Source: Alphaproteobacteria bacterium (GTDB taxonomy: Bacteria > Pseudomonadota > Alphaproteobacteria > GCA-2731375). From it: a stretch of 64,000 bases of DNA. The notes under the pieces are model-generated. The model did not search any database and was not told the origin of the DNA. It worked only from the letters and a program-made list of their open reading frames with translations. The stretch is from NCBI GenBank assembly GCA_965232515.1, contig CBDDPY010000002.1, positions 6,944,001 through 7,008,000 on the forward strand, in the 5' to 3' direction. Positions 17,946 through 28,098 of the stretch are shown here, one piece after another. Within the stretch, counting starts at the first letter, position 1; every line of letters begins with the position of its first letter. The position numbers and the translations under genes were made by a program.

Positions 17946-18493
17946 ACCGGCCGCACTTCGATGACTTCCGGGACGTAGTGACGAAGCATGTTCTCGATGC
18001 CGGCCTTCAGCGTCGCGGTCGAACTCGGGCATCCAGAACAGGACCCCTGCATGTGCAGGTAGACCACGCCTTCCTCGAAGCCGTGAAACAGTATGTCGCC
18101 GCCATCTTGGGCCACCGCCGGCCGGACGCGCGTATCGAGGAGCTCTTTGATCTGAGCGACGAGTTCGTCGTCCTCATCCGATGCCGCGTGCGCCGAAACC
18201 GCGCCGTCATCGGTGAAGAGTGGCGCGCCGGACGTAAAATGCTCCATGATCAAACCGAGCACTGACGGCTTGAGAACCTGCCACGACTGATCGTCCGTCT
18301 TCGTCACGGTAATGAAGTCGGCGCCGAAGAAGACGCCGTTGACGCCGGCAACCTCGTACAAACGGCCCGCCAATGGCGAAGCCGCAGCATCCTCGCGTGT
18401 CGGAAAGTTGGCGGTGCCATTTTCCATCACGGACTGGCCCGGCAGGAACTTGAGGGTTGCTGGGTTCGGCGTCTCTTCGGTTTGGATGAACAT
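17942..18493 (-). CDS. nfuA: Nfu-type Fe-S cluster carrier (NifU-family)
   Basis: MFIQTEETPNPATLKFLPG N-domain; VRPAVAQDGGD, GSCSGCPSS..TLK.GIE. Confidence 0.92.
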   Translation of the reverse strand: MFIQTEETPNPATLKFLPGQSVMENGTANFPTREDAAASPLAGRLYEVAGVNGVFFGADFITVTKTDDQSWQVLKPSVLGLIMEHFTSGAPLFTDDGAVSAHAASDEDDELVAQIKELLDTRVRPAVAQDGGDILFHGFEEGVVYLHMQGSCSGCPSSTATLKAGIENMLRHYVPEVIEVRPV

Positions 18494-18534
18494 GGTTCAA
18501 CGCTTCTCGTTCGATCGGTTGGTTCGCTTGGGCG

Positions 18535-18941
18535 TCATGCGACGTTCCCCATTCCCGAAAGGTCGGTCACGCTCCAGAAGGCGGTAGCGGCGGCGAACAT
18601 GGCGCCGTGAGATGCCGTCGCGTCCGGGCTCGACGGGTCGTCGTCGAAGCGCCCGAGTTCTTTGGCGATGTCGAAAAAGCCGGACGCCGGCAGCCCGCCC
18701 CGCGCGCGACTGATGACGAGCGCGGCAATGAAGGGATGGTCGTTGGCCGCATCTTCCCGCATCAGCCATTCGAGGGCTTCCGTGACCTGATGATCGTGTT
18801 CGGCGGCTCGAGCTCCAAGGCTTCGGCAAGCGCCTAGTAGTTGATCGGTTCACCATGCACCGCGATCCGTCGAAGGTAAGTCCGGACACGTCCGGCCAGT
18901 GCTTGCGTTGTTGGCACATTGTTTTCCAGCATGACCGTCAT
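18535..18941 (-). pseudogene. Hypothetical gene inactivated by a nonsense codon and a 1-bp deletion
   Basis: MTVMLENN...PINY-TAG(18834-18836)-ALAEALELEPPNTI, frameshift near 18792, then QVTEALEWLMREDA...ARGGLPASGFF. Confidence 0.65.
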
Positions 18942-19258
18942 GACACGCCCTTTGCGAGATCGAAGAGGCTGAAGGGGTCATTCGCGGGCTTGGTTTCGAG
19001 AACCGGTAATGGGTCCTCGAACAGCCTGCCGTCGGATTCGATCACGACGCGCCAAACCCGCGCCCGATAGCGGAATGTGAGACGGGTCCGACCGGCGTCT
19101 TCGTTTTCACCAGTTTCAGTGACGCTCATAACCAAGCCCTTGGCCATGTTCTCCCTCAGAGCCTCAGTGCTGAGGCCCAGCTTGGGCGCCAGTGCCTCGG
19201 CCTCGACGGTAATCTCGCCGTCATTGACACGGATGGCTGTTGATGAAAGTGGGGTCAT
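18938..19258 (-). CDS. DUF6522-like small protein
   Basis: ITVEA..LA.KLGL......M..G......E.G..EDAGR.RLTFRY. Confidence 0.7.
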   Translation of the reverse strand: MTPLSSTAIRVNDGEITVEAEALAPKLGLSTEALRENMAKGLVMSVTETGENEDAGRTRLTFRYRARVWRVVIESDGRLFEDPLPVLETKPANDPFSLFDLAKGVS

Positions 19259-19260
19259 CG

Positions 19261-19854
19261 CTAGGCCGTCCCAACGCGTGGCGGCCCGGCTTTGCCGGAT
19301 TCGAAATTGATGCAGAGCTGCTCCAGCTCGTCGGCCGTAAGAGCCTCCTTCACGAAGCCGCATTCATACGCGTTCATGCCCTCCTGGCAGCAGCCGTCTC
19401 CTGCGAAATGCACGCACGTCTCGCACGTGCCGAAAAGCGGTTTACCCGTCTGCAACGCAACACTGCCAAGCAAACGCTGAAGCACGACGGAAAAACTGCC
19501 GCGGACGCCCGGGGGTAAAGCGTCCGCGGCCCGAACCAGAGCTTCGATGGGGTCATCGTTCAGAAGAGCCCTGGCTTTCTTTGTGAGGTCCAGTCTCACG
19601 CTTCGGCCATCGGTCTTCGATCGGGTCTGTTTCAGATAGCCGTCGGCGACCAAGCCTTTGATGGTTTGAGAGGCGGTGCCCCGCGTTGTGCCGTGAAACG
19701 CCGCAAACGCCGATGGTGTGCGCGAAAAGCGATTGGCCCGCGCGAAATACCTCAATCCGGCCCACTGGACCGGCGTCAAGCCACCCACGAGTCCGTCGCC
19801 CGACGCGATCCGTCCGAGATGAAGAATCAATTCGGCGATAACGCGGCTGTCCAT
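19261..19854 (-). CDS. MarR family regulator with a Cys-rich C-terminal extension
   Basis: LTPVQWAGLRY..RANRFSRTPS, TRGTASQT, DGRSV; tail CETC.HF...CC......C...........C; RBS AAGGAG. Confidence 0.88.
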   Translation of the reverse strand: MDSRVIAELILHLGRIASGDGLVGGLTPVQWAGLRYFARANRFSRTPSAFAAFHGTTRGTASQTIKGLVADGYLKQTRSKTDGRSVRLDLTKKARALLNDDPIEALVRAADALPPGVRGSFSVVLQRLLGSVALQTGKPLFGTCETCVHFAGDGCCQEGMNAYECGFVKEALTADELEQLCINFESGKAGPPRVGTA

Positions 19855-19896
19855 GTCGCACTCCTTGTCCATGGGGTCGCTCAGGTCATTAGATAA

Positions 19897-19969
19897 TAGC
19901 GATTTCAAACTATATTGACAAGATTATGATTTCGGTTCCATACTAAAATAGTATGGTTTCAAAACTATC
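19897..19969. promoter_or_regulatory. Divergent promoter: sigma70-like -35/-10 overlapped by imperfect palindromes (putative MarR operators)
   Basis: TTGACA 19915-19920 and CATACT 19939-19944; TATGATTTCGGTTCCATA (19925-19942) and TATGGTTTCAAAACTATC (19952-19969), plus a weaker copy near 19897-19914. Confidence 0.6.
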
Positions 19970-19998
19970 TAGCCAATAGATGGCGGAGGTAAAGGAAG

Positions 19999-20487
19999 AT
20001 GCGGATCAGCAGCAGCGCCTACATGGGTGTCGAGACACTGGTGCGCTTGGCGGTGCAGAGCGCGGACAAGCCTTGCTCGACGAGAGGGCTCGCCGAGTGG
20101 ATCAATCGGTCCGTGTCATATACGGAAACCCTCATGGCGCAGTTGCGCAAGGCGGGCCTTGTCGTCTCCCGACAGGGGCCAGGCGGCGGCTACGTTCTTG
20201 CCAGGCCGGCACACCGGATCACGGTTGCGGAAATCTTCGAGGCCGTCGACGCGCCATCGGACTTTGCCAACCGTCCGCTCAACGCCGACACGCTCGAAGA
20301 AGAGGACGTTCGCGATCTTCATGGCACGGACCTCCTCTGGGTGGCGCTGAAGAGCTACGTCCTGTTGTTCCTGAACGGTGTTTCGCTCGCCGACCTCACT
20401 CCGGAGACAGACAGTCTGGTCGGCGACGGCACCAACGACAACGTCCCGGTTTATCCCGTGGATATGGATTCGACAATGCAGCACTGA
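19999..20487 (+). CDS. Rrf2 family regulator (IscR-like, lacking the cluster-ligating Cys)
   Basis: S.SY.E.L...LRKAGLV.S..GPGGGY.LAR....ITVAEI..AVD; no C-terminal Cys triad. Confidence 0.9.
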   Translation: MRISSSAYMGVETLVRLAVQSADKPCSTRGLAEWINRSVSYTETLMAQLRKAGLVVSRQGPGGGYVLARPAHRITVAEIFEAVDAPSDFANRPLNADTLEEEDVRDLHGTDLLWVALKSYVLLFLNGVSLADLTPETDSLVGDGTNDNVPVYPVDMDSTMQH

Positions 20488-20551
20488 ACGCCTTCGATCG
20501 CCATTCCGAAGCTGCTGCGAACAACGCGCAGCAACATCATCAGGAGATCTT

Positions 20552-20773
20552 ATGCCGATATCGGAAACCGACCTCGAAAACGCCCTGAAGGAAAAATTCC
20601 CCGACGCGCAAATCGCATGTCGTGACCTTGCCGGCGATCAGGACCATTGGGAGGTCAGCATCGTCGATCCCGTCTTTGAAGGGCGGTCGCGCATTCTGCA
20701 ACACAAGATGGTCCAAGAGGCGGTGGTCGAACACGACATTCACGCGCTCTCGATCAAAACAGCAGCAAAGTGA
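20552..20773 (+). CDS. bolA: BolA family protein
   Basis: [25 protein letters not shown]; RBS AGGAG. Confidence 0.92.
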   Translation: MPISETDLENALKEKFPDAQIACRDLAGDQDHWEVSIVDPVFEGRSRILQHKMVQEAVVEHDIHALSIKTAAK

Positions 20774-20784
20774 AGGAGGACTCC

Positions 20785-21120
20785 ATGGGTCAGAATACAG
20801 TTCTCGAGACGATCAAGTCGCAAGTCACCGAAAACGATGTCGTTCTTTACATGAAAGGCACGAAGGAGATGCCGCAGTGCGGGTTTTCATCGGCGGTATC
20901 GAAGCTGCTCACGGAACTCCAACTGCCCTATCTGGCCGTCAACGTGCTTGACAGCCCGGACCTCCGCGAAGGGATCAAGGAATTCACCGACTGGCCGACG
21001 ATCCCTCAGCTCTACGTCAAGGGTGAGTTTGTCGGCGGCTACGACATCGTTCGGGAATCCTACGAGGACGGCGAGCTTGAATACCTTCTGAAAGACAAGG
21101 GCCTGCTTACGCAGGGTTAG
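20785..21120 (+). CDS. grxD: Monothiol glutaredoxin Grx4
   Basis: [32 protein letters not shown]. Confidence 0.95.
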   Translation: MGQNTVLETIKSQVTENDVVLYMKGTKEMPQCGFSSAVSKLLTELQLPYLAVNVLDSPDLREGIKEFTDWPTIPQLYVKGEFVGGYDIVRESYEDGELEYLLKDKGLLTQG

Positions 21121-21131
21121 AGGAAGTCCAT

Positions 21132-21476
21132 ATGCAGACGGCGGCCCTGGCGACAAGGATCAACACACAAGACGCTCATGACGATGGCGTAACGGAGCGG
21201 CGCTCTGACTTGCGCCTTTTGCCAAAGCCAGAAAAACACATCTCAGCGATCCAAGGTCACGTCGTCCACGTTTGCTTCCCGGTGGTTGTTCCCGGTGAAG
21301 ACGGGCGCGTCATTCCGTTCGGTAGATACGAACTTACCGTCTCTCCTCAAAACGGATCTCCGGGCACGACACCGGAAAAGGTGATGTTGGCGAATCTGGA
21401 CAACGGCGCCCGTGTCGCTCTGTCGGTCCTGGAACTAACAGCGATCGCGCGCGATCCGGATGTCGAGATTATCTGA
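21132..21476 (+). CDS. Hypothetical protein
   Basis: 114-aa ORF with RBS AGAGGA, tightly packed between grxD and sdhB. Confidence 0.6.
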   Translation: MQTAALATRINTQDAHDDGVTERRSDLRLLPKPEKHISAIQGHVVHVCFPVVVPGEDGRVIPFGRYELTVSPQNGSPGTTPEKVMLANLDNGARVALSVLELTAIARDPDVEII

Positions 21477-21477
21477 G

Positions 21478-22257
21478 ATGGTGCAACTTCGCTTACCCGT
21501 CAATTCAAGGATCACCGCCGGACATGTCTGGCCGGGGCCTCATGATTGTATCCGCCCGAAATCTCTCAAGGTGTACCGTTGGAACCCGGACGACGAGCAA
21601 AACCCTCGCCTGGACACATACGAGATTGATCTCGACACCTGCGGTCCGATGGTTCTGGACGCGCTCATCAAGATCAAAAACGAGATTGACCCGACACTGA
21701 CGTTTCGCCGCTCTTGCCGCGAAGGTATCTGCGGTTCCTGTGCGATGAATATCGACGGCACCAATACGCTTGCCTGCACGCAGCCAATCACCGACATCAA
21801 AGGCGACGTGAAGGTCTATCCGCTGCCGCATATGGGCGTCATCAAGGATCTGGTGCCAGATCTGACACACGCCTATGCGCAATACGCGTCAATCGAGCCG
21901 TGGCTCAAGACGGTGACGCCCGAGCCGGAGCGCGAACGTCTTCAAAGTCCGGAGGACCGGGCGAAACTGAACGGGTTGGAAGATTGCATCCTCTGCTTTT
22001 GCTGCACCACAAGCTGTCCGAGCTACTGGTGGAATGGCGACCGCTACCTCGGCCCAGCCGTGCTCTTGCAAGCCTACCGCTGGCTCAGCGACAGCCGCGA
22101 TGAAGCGACCGGCGAACGTCTCGATCAGCTCGAAGACCCGTTCCGGCTCTATCGCTGCCACACGATCATGAACTGCGCGCAGACCTGCCCCAAGGGCCTC
22201 AACCCCGCAAAGGCGATCGCGGAGATCAAGAAACTCATGGTGGAACGCCGGATGTGA
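21478..22257 (+). CDS. sdhB: Succinate dehydrogenase iron-sulfur subunit (stand-alone copy)
   Basis: [53 protein letters not shown]. Confidence 0.95.
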   Translation: MVQLRLPVNSRITAGHVWPGPHDCIRPKSLKVYRWNPDDEQNPRLDTYEIDLDTCGPMVLDALIKIKNEIDPTLTFRRSCREGICGSCAMNIDGTNTLACTQPITDIKGDVKVYPLPHMGVIKDLVPDLTHAYAQYASIEPWLKTVTPEPERERLQSPEDRAKLNGLEDCILCFCCTTSCPSYWWNGDRYLGPAVLLQAYRWLSDSRDEATGERLDQLEDPFRLYRCHTIMNCAQTCPKGLNPAKAIAEIKKLMVERRM

Positions 22258-22415
22258 AGCTGAACGGAAAACCATGCCGATGACAAACCTATTCGTCAGA
22301 TCACTGATCGTTTCCTCGCACTCACACCTGAGCGTCCGGCCAAACCCTTTCGCATCACGCTCATCTCGCAGCTCGTGGAACACGACCGCCGATCCGACCA
22401 AGCAAGCAGCCAGGA

Positions 22416-23429
22416 TTGCAGCCTTTGATTCTAAGCCAGCATTTGGTCCGGTTCCGAGCGCTCCTGCCCGGGCTTCTGGTGAGCGCCACCGTCGCGATTA
22501 CCGCGACGTTTCTTTCGGAGCATTATGGCGCGCCGGTAATGCTGTTCGCGCTCCTGCTCGGGATGGCCTTCAACTTCCTGGCCGACGAACCGCAATGCAG
22601 TGCGGGCGTCACCTTCACATCCAGCGCCGTGCTACGGCTTGGCGTCGCACTCCTGGGCGCCAGGATCACGGCCGACGAGGTGTTGAAACTCGGCTATGGC
22701 CCGCTGCTGCTCACCGTTTGCGGAGTCCTGCTGACCATTGCGTTCGGCATGTTTCTGGCCCGCCGCATGGGTCTGACGCGGGACTTCGGGATACTGACAG
22801 GCGCAGCCGTGGGCATTTGCGGCGCATCGGCCGCGCTTGCTGTTGCGTCAGTGCTGCCGCGTCACAAACACGGGCTGCAGGAACGCGATACGATCTTTGC
22901 CGTTCTTGGCGTGACCGCACTCAGCACGGTCGCGATGATCGTCTATCCGATCATCGTTGTGTCGCTGGATTTCGACGACCTGAAGGCCGGGATGTTCCTT
23001 GGGGCGACGATACACGACGTGGCCCAGGTGGTTGGCGCCGGCTACACGATTTCCGAACCGGCGGGCGAAGCCGCCACGGTCACGAAGCTCCTGCGCGTCG
23101 CGCTTCTGGTTCCCGTCGTAATCGCCATAACTTTGATCCTGTCTCGCGGCCGGCACACTGGCCATGGCAAATGTCCATCCTTTCCACTGTTCCTTTTTGC
23201 TTTCGTTGTCTTCGTCATCTTGAACAGTCTGGGCTTCATTCCGGAGCCGCTGCGCGCCGGAATGGAAGCCGCGTCTCGCTGGGCGCTCGTCGCGGCGATC
23301 GCCGCCCTCGGCATCAAGACCTCGCTCAAGGACCTCGCCGCGGTCGGACCCAAGGCGCTCATCCTGTTGATTGCCGAGACGTTCTGGATCGCAGCTCTGG
23401 CTCTCTCGGTCTTGTTGCTGATCGTTTGA
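22416..23429 (+). CDS. YeiH/UPF0324 (putative sulfate exporter family) membrane protein
   Basis: LRLGVALLG, ICGASAALA, GATIHDVAQVVGAG, KL.RV; multiple TM helices. Confidence 0.88.
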   Translation: MQPLILSQHLVRFRALLPGLLVSATVAITATFLSEHYGAPVMLFALLLGMAFNFLADEPQCSAGVTFTSSAVLRLGVALLGARITADEVLKLGYGPLLLTVCGVLLTIAFGMFLARRMGLTRDFGILTGAAVGICGASAALAVASVLPRHKHGLQERDTIFAVLGVTALSTVAMIVYPIIVVSLDFDDLKAGMFLGATIHDVAQVVGAGYTISEPAGEAATVTKLLRVALLVPVVIAITLILSRGRHTGHGKCPSFPLFLFAFVVFVILNSLGFIPEPLRAGMEAASRWALVAAIAALGIKTSLKDLAAVGPKALILLIAETFWIAALALSVLLLIV

Positions 23430-23524
23430 CGTAAACCTCGAAAGGACACCTTGCCGATGATGAACTCGATGACCTCACAGCGCATTCATTCAGGGGCGCT
23501 TCATGCGCGACCGAGAGGCCGTCC

Positions 23525-23854
23525 ATGACCTTCGTCGTCACCGAAGCGTGCATCAAGTGCAAGTACATGGACTGTGTCGAGGTCTGCCCCGTCGATTGCT
23601 TCTACGAAGGCGAGAACATGCTCGTCATCCACCCCGACGAGTGCATCGATTGCGGTGTCTGCGAACCGGAATGCCCGGCGGAAGCCATTCTGCCGGATAC
23701 GGATCAAGGCGCTGACGCATGGCTCCAACTCAATCGTGACTATTCCGACAAATGGCCGAACATAACTCAGAAAGGCGAATCCCCGCCGGACGCAGAGAAG
23801 TATGACGGAATGCCGAACAAGTTCGAAGAGCATTTCAGTTCCAACCCCGGCTAG
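23525..23854 (+). CDS. fdxA: 7Fe ferredoxin
   Basis: [50 protein letters not shown]. Confidence 0.95.
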   Translation: MTFVVTEACIKCKYMDCVEVCPVDCFYEGENMLVIHPDECIDCGVCEPECPAEAILPDTDQGADAWLQLNRDYSDKWPNITQKGESPPDAEKYDGMPNKFEEHFSSNPG

Positions 23855-23906
23855 GTGAACAGTGCGAGCAAACTGATAGGAGTCACAGAAATAGGTCTGG
23901 CAAGAA

Positions 23907-24428
23907 ATGAGGCATCACAATCTCATTTCCACGGAAGACACCGTTCTCGTCTTCATCGATTGCCGCGACAAAGCAATCGCTAACGGCGCGCCCTTTGATA
24001 TGCGCGCTATTGCGGACAACTGGGTTGAGCTCGCCACATCGGCCCTTGAATGGCGCGTTCCCATCATCGCAACGATGATGCAGCACGCCGAACTTAACGG
24101 CGCGAGCACGCTAGTGGATCAGATCCCCAGTATCGAAGCGATTGAACGCATAGGCGTAAACCCATGGGACCATGAACCCTTTGCGGAGGCGATTGCCGCG
24201 ACATCAAGACGTCGGCTTGTTCTCGCAGGCAGTTTTACGGAAGGAGCGGTCACGTTTGCCGCGCTAAGCGCTCTTCACGAAGGATACGACACCTACGTCG
24301 CCCATGATGCGTCTATCGGCGCGACCACCTCAGATCACGAAACCGCCGTCGCCCGAATGCGGCAAGCAGGTGCGGTTCCCGTTACATGCCGTCAGCTTCT
24401 CCTCGAATGGGGGCGGAATATTTCCTGA
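23907..24428 (+). CDS. Isochorismatase-superfamily (YcaC-like) protein; catalytic Cys apparently replaced
   Basis: LVFID, R..VNPWD, LVLAG..TEGAV, GYD.YV..DAS, RM.QAGAVP.T. Confidence 0.75.
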   Translation: MRHHNLISTEDTVLVFIDCRDKAIANGAPFDMRAIADNWVELATSALEWRVPIIATMMQHAELNGASTLVDQIPSIEAIERIGVNPWDHEPFAEAIAATSRRRLVLAGSFTEGAVTFAALSALHEGYDTYVAHDASIGATTSDHETAVARMRQAGAVPVTCRQLLLEWGRNIS

Positions 24429-24518
24429 ATTCGAAAAAGCGGGGGTCGGCGCACAAGCCGGCCATTATTGAACCCTCTATTTACTTGCAAAATTGTCACA
24501 TAAGAAAAGAGCAATCAT

Positions 24519-25202
24519 TTGAAGACGACTTTGTTCATTACATCCTCGGGTACGGAGATCGGCAAGACATTCGTGAGTTCCCTGATTATTCGGCAATTGC
24601 GCAGACAAGGATATGCTGTCGAGGCGCTCAAGCCGGTGATTAGCGGGTTGACCGCTGACGATTTCACCAACAGCGACACAGCTCTCTTGCTTAATGCGCT
24701 TGAGAGACCGGTCACCACTAAAACCATCGAGCAGATGTCACCCTGGCGTTTCAAGGCGGCCCTGTCGCCGGATATGGCAGCCGCCAAGGAAGGTCGTGAA
24801 GTATCGTTCGGCGCCCTTGTCGAATACTGCACGGCCGCGCGAGCAATTGCCGAAGATGTACTGCTTATCGAAGGCGTGGGTGGTGTCATGGTGCCGCTGG
24901 ATCAAAACAACTTGGTGATCGATTGGATCGCGGCTCTTGCGCAACGAACAAACGTGCGTCCCGTTCTCGTGGTCGGCTCTTATCTTGGCACGCTAAGTCA
25001 CACGTTCACCGCAGCCGCCGTCTTGGCTGAACGCGGCGTGCCGCTTGTTGCCGTCATCGTGAGCGAGACTTTAGACAGTACGGTAGAACTATCGGCAACC
25101 GTGGATGCCATGATCCGTTTTCTTCCCGATGTTCCTATTGTTACGCTGCCTCACCTAAGCGCCGATGCTGTAAACGCACCGGATTTGACGTTTTTTTGCT
25201 AG
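24519..25202 (+). CDS. bioD: Dethiobiotin synthetase
   Basis: FITSSGTEIGKT, ALKPV.SG, SP..AA, IEGVGG.MVPL, LGTLSHT. Confidence 0.93.
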   Translation: MKTTLFITSSGTEIGKTFVSSLIIRQLRRQGYAVEALKPVISGLTADDFTNSDTALLLNALERPVTTKTIEQMSPWRFKAALSPDMAAAKEGREVSFGALVEYCTAARAIAEDVLLIEGVGGVMVPLDQNNLVIDWIAALAQRTNVRPVLVVGSYLGTLSHTFTAAAVLAERGVPLVAVIVSETLDSTVELSATVDAMIRFLPDVPIVTLPHLSADAVNAPDLTFFC

Positions 25203-25236
25203 ACCGTCCCCGGTTAGGGGGACGGTCTAGGAGACA

Positions 25237-27531
25237 TCAGGCGGACCGCGCTCTCAGCTTGCGCGCCGCTTCGACCATGTTGACGAGGGCGGGGCGTACC
25301 TCGTCCCATTTGCGGGTCTTGAGGCCGCAATCCGGATTGACCCAGATCTGATCCGGCGCCAGGCGCTCTTCGGCTTTGGCGAGCAGCGCCGCCATCTCGT
25401 CGACCGGCGGGCAGCGTGGCGCGTGGATGTCGTAGACGCCCGGACCGATCTCGTTCGGGTAACGGTAGTCGGTGAAGGCATCCAGCAGCTCCATTTTCGA
25501 GCGTGCCGTCTCGATGGAGATGACATCGGCGTCGAGCGCGCCGATCGCTTCGATGATGTCGTTGAACTCCGAATAGCACATATGGGTGTGGATCTGGGTC
25601 GCGTCATCCACTCCAGACGAGGCGAGCCGGAAGGATGCGACCGCCCAGTCCAGATAGCGCGCCCAATCGCCGCGCCGCAGCGGCAAACCTTCACGCAGCG
25701 CGGGCTCGTCGATCTGGATAATACCGATGCCGGCGCGCTCCAGATCGGCCACTTCATCGCGCAGCGCAAGGGCGATCTGGCGGCAGGTGTCCTCGCGCGG
25801 CTGGTCGTCGCGCACGAAGGACCATTGGAGCATGGTCACGGGCCCGGTCAGCATGCCTTTCATCGGCTTGTCCGTCAGCGATTGGGCGTAGGCGGACCAC
25901 TCGACGGTCATCGGCGCGGGCCGTGACACGTCGCCGAAGATGATCGGCGGGCGCACGTAGCGCGATCCGTAGCTCTGCACCCAGGCATGCTTGGTGAAGG
26001 CGTAGCCGGCGAGTTGCTCGCCGAAATACTGCACCATGTCGTTGCGCTCGAACTCGCCATGCACCAGCACATCGATGCCGATCTCTTCCTGCCAGCGCAC
26101 CGCCGCTTCGGTCTGGTCGCGCAGAAAGTCCCGATAGTCCGCATCGCCAAGACGGCCCTTGGCATGGCCCGCACGGGCCTTGCGCACGTCCTCAGTTTGA
26201 GGAAACGATCCGATCGTCGTGGTGGGGAAGGCCGGCAACGACAAACGTGCTCGCTGCGCCTGTCGGCGCGCTGTGAAGTCGCCGTGCCTGCGGGTCATGC
26301 CAGGCGTCACCGCTTGCAGCCGGGCCTGGATGGCCTCGTCATGGATCTTCCTCGATGTCGCGCGCGAGGCCACGGCGGCGGCGGACGCCGCAAGTTGGTC
26401 CTTGACCGCGTCCCGGCCCTGGTCGAGCGCCCGGCCAAGGGCGACGATCTCGTCCAGCTTCTGGACGGCGAAGGCGAGCCAGCTTTTCAGATCGGCGTCC
26501 AGATCGGGCTCCAGCTCCAGGTCGATCGGCACGTGGAGCAAGGAGCAGGACGGTCCGATCATGACCCGTTCGGCGCCGCGTTCTTCCATGACGGGTTCGA
26601 TCCGGTCCAGCAGGGCCGGTAGATCGGCACGCCAGATATTGCGGCCGTCGATGGCGCCCAGCGACAGCACAAGTTCGGCCGGCGCCTTGGCCAGCAGGTC
26701 GGCGACCTGGTCGGGTGCTCGCGCCAGATCCACATGCAGGCCGGCGACGGGCAGGGCCAGCGCCGTATCCAGAGCGTCGTCCAGCCCGCCGAAATAGGTC
26801 GTCAGCAGCAGCCTGACGCCGGCGGTCCCGGCCAGCGTCTCATAGGCGCGCTTGAAGGCGCCGCGTGCCGCGTCGTCCAGGTCGAGCACCAGACAGGGCT
26901 CGTCGATCTGCACCCAGTCAGCGCCCTCGGCAGCCAGCCGCCGCAGAAGATCGGTATAGACCGGAAGCAGTCCGGGCAGCAGCGACAGCGGATCCAGCGC
27001 CTCGTCCTTGCTCTTGCCCAGCAGCAGGTAGCTGACCGGGCCCAGCAAGACCGGCCTGGTGTTAAAGCCGAGCGCTTTCGCCTCACGGAACTCGTCGACC
27101 GGCTTGGTCGCCGCGAGCGTGAAGGTCTGACCGCGGGAGAATTCCGGCACCATGTAGTGATAGTTGGTGTCGAACCATTTGGTCATCTCCAGGGCGGGAA
27201 GGTCCCCACCGGCCCGGCCGCGGGTGCCGCGCGCCATGGCGAAATAGGTGTCCAGCGAGGGCGCGCCGCCGGACCAGCCGTACAAATCGGGGATTGCGCC
27301 GACCATGACGCTAGTGTCCAGGACGTGATCGTAAAGCGAGAAGTCATTACTCGGGATATGGGCGATGCCGGCGGCGTGCTGACGCGCCCAGGCCGCGGCT
27401 CGCAATGCGGCCGCGTCGTCAAGCAAGTCTTGCGTGCCAGTCTTGCCGGCCCAATGGCTCTCCAAAGCCTTCTTCAGTTCCCGGCGTGGGCCGATACGAG
27501 GAAAGCCGAGGGAGCTGGTCGTTATAGACAT
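25237..27531 (-). CDS. metE: Cobalamin-independent methionine synthase
   Basis: LGFPRIG..RELK, MTKWFDTNYHY, TTTIGSFPQT, HGEFERNDMV, HTHMCYS, WVNPDCGLKTR. Confidence 0.97.
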   Translation of the reverse strand: MSITTSSLGFPRIGPRRELKKALESHWAGKTGTQDLLDDAAALRAAAWARQHAAGIAHIPSNDFSLYDHVLDTSVMVGAIPDLYGWSGGAPSLDTYFAMARGTRGRAGGDLPALEMTKWFDTNYHYMVPEFSRGQTFTLAATKPVDEFREAKALGFNTRPVLLGPVSYLLLGKSKDEALDPLSLLPGLLPVYTDLLRRLAAEGADWVQIDEPCLVLDLDDAARGAFKRAYETLAGTAGVRLLLTTYFGGLDDALDTALALPVAGLHVDLARAPDQVADLLAKAPAELVLSLGAIDGRNIWRADLPALLDRIEPVMEERGAERVMIGPSCSLLHVPIDLELEPDLDADLKSWLAFAVQKLDEIVALGRALDQGRDAVKDQLAASAAAVASRATSRKIHDEAIQARLQAVTPGMTRRHGDFTARRQAQRARLSLPAFPTTTIGSFPQTEDVRKARAGHAKGRLGDADYRDFLRDQTEAAVRWQEEIGIDVLVHGEFERNDMVQYFGEQLAGYAFTKHAWVQSYGSRYVRPPIIFGDVSRPAPMTVEWSAYAQSLTDKPMKGMLTGPVTMLQWSFVRDDQPREDTCRQIALALRDEVADLERAGIGIIQIDEPALREGLPLRRGDWARYLDWAVASFRLASSGVDDATQIHTHMCYSEFNDIIEAIGALDADVISIETARSKMELLDAFTDYRYPNEIGPGVYDIHAPRCPPVDEMAALLAKAEERLAPDQIWVNPDCGLKTRKWDEVRPALVNMVEAARKLRARSA

Positions 27532-27796
27532 AAGGGAAACCTTTCACAGTCGCGCGCAACCTAGGCGACGCGTTCGTTAATGTTCGAGAAATGGGACGCC
27601 TGCGGATGTACCGTGCGTGGCCACGGCGGTTCCCGGGCGGACACCCGGCGGACATCACAACGCTGGAAAGGCAACATCATCAGCATACCCCATAGTCGAT
27701 TGGGGTAGAGCCGAGCGGACGCTTGCGGAGAACCGGAAGGCGGAACCTTCCGGTGCATGCGACCCACCGGGACACCCCGCCCGAGGACGTTCACAT

Positions 27797-27993
27797 CTGT
27801 CGCGGCAGGTCTCCTGGCTCGCGGGTCGGTGTGGCTGTCCGGCCTTCCCGACGCGTTCGCACGTCAGTGACCCATATCGACAGCAGCTCGCCGCTTACAG
27901 TTGCGGGGGCAGCTCCGGCTTTGCCGCCCATAGCGGCGCACCGGATTCCCTCTTAGCTTTCGGCCGGTTAGCGGCCGAAAGAACCGTGACAAG
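27797..27993 (-). ncRNA. Cobalamin (AdoCbl) riboswitch upstream of metE
   Basis: Minus strand: AAGAGGGAA.CCGGTG, GCTGCCCCCGCAACTGTAA, CACTG...GGGAAGG, GAGCCAGGAGACCTGCC (B12 box). Confidence 0.95.
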
Positions 27994-28098
27994 AGTAATT
28001 TAGAGATCGAACACTGACCATGTCAACAGAAATATAAAGATATCCTTATGTTTTGATATCTGATTGCTGGCTGAGGACAAACCCGCCACGTCGGTTGC

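Noticed and set aside
19999-23854. Canonical iscR-isc or suf operon
   Set aside because: No cysteine desulfurase, IscU scaffold or SufBCD; the Rrf2 lacks cluster ligands
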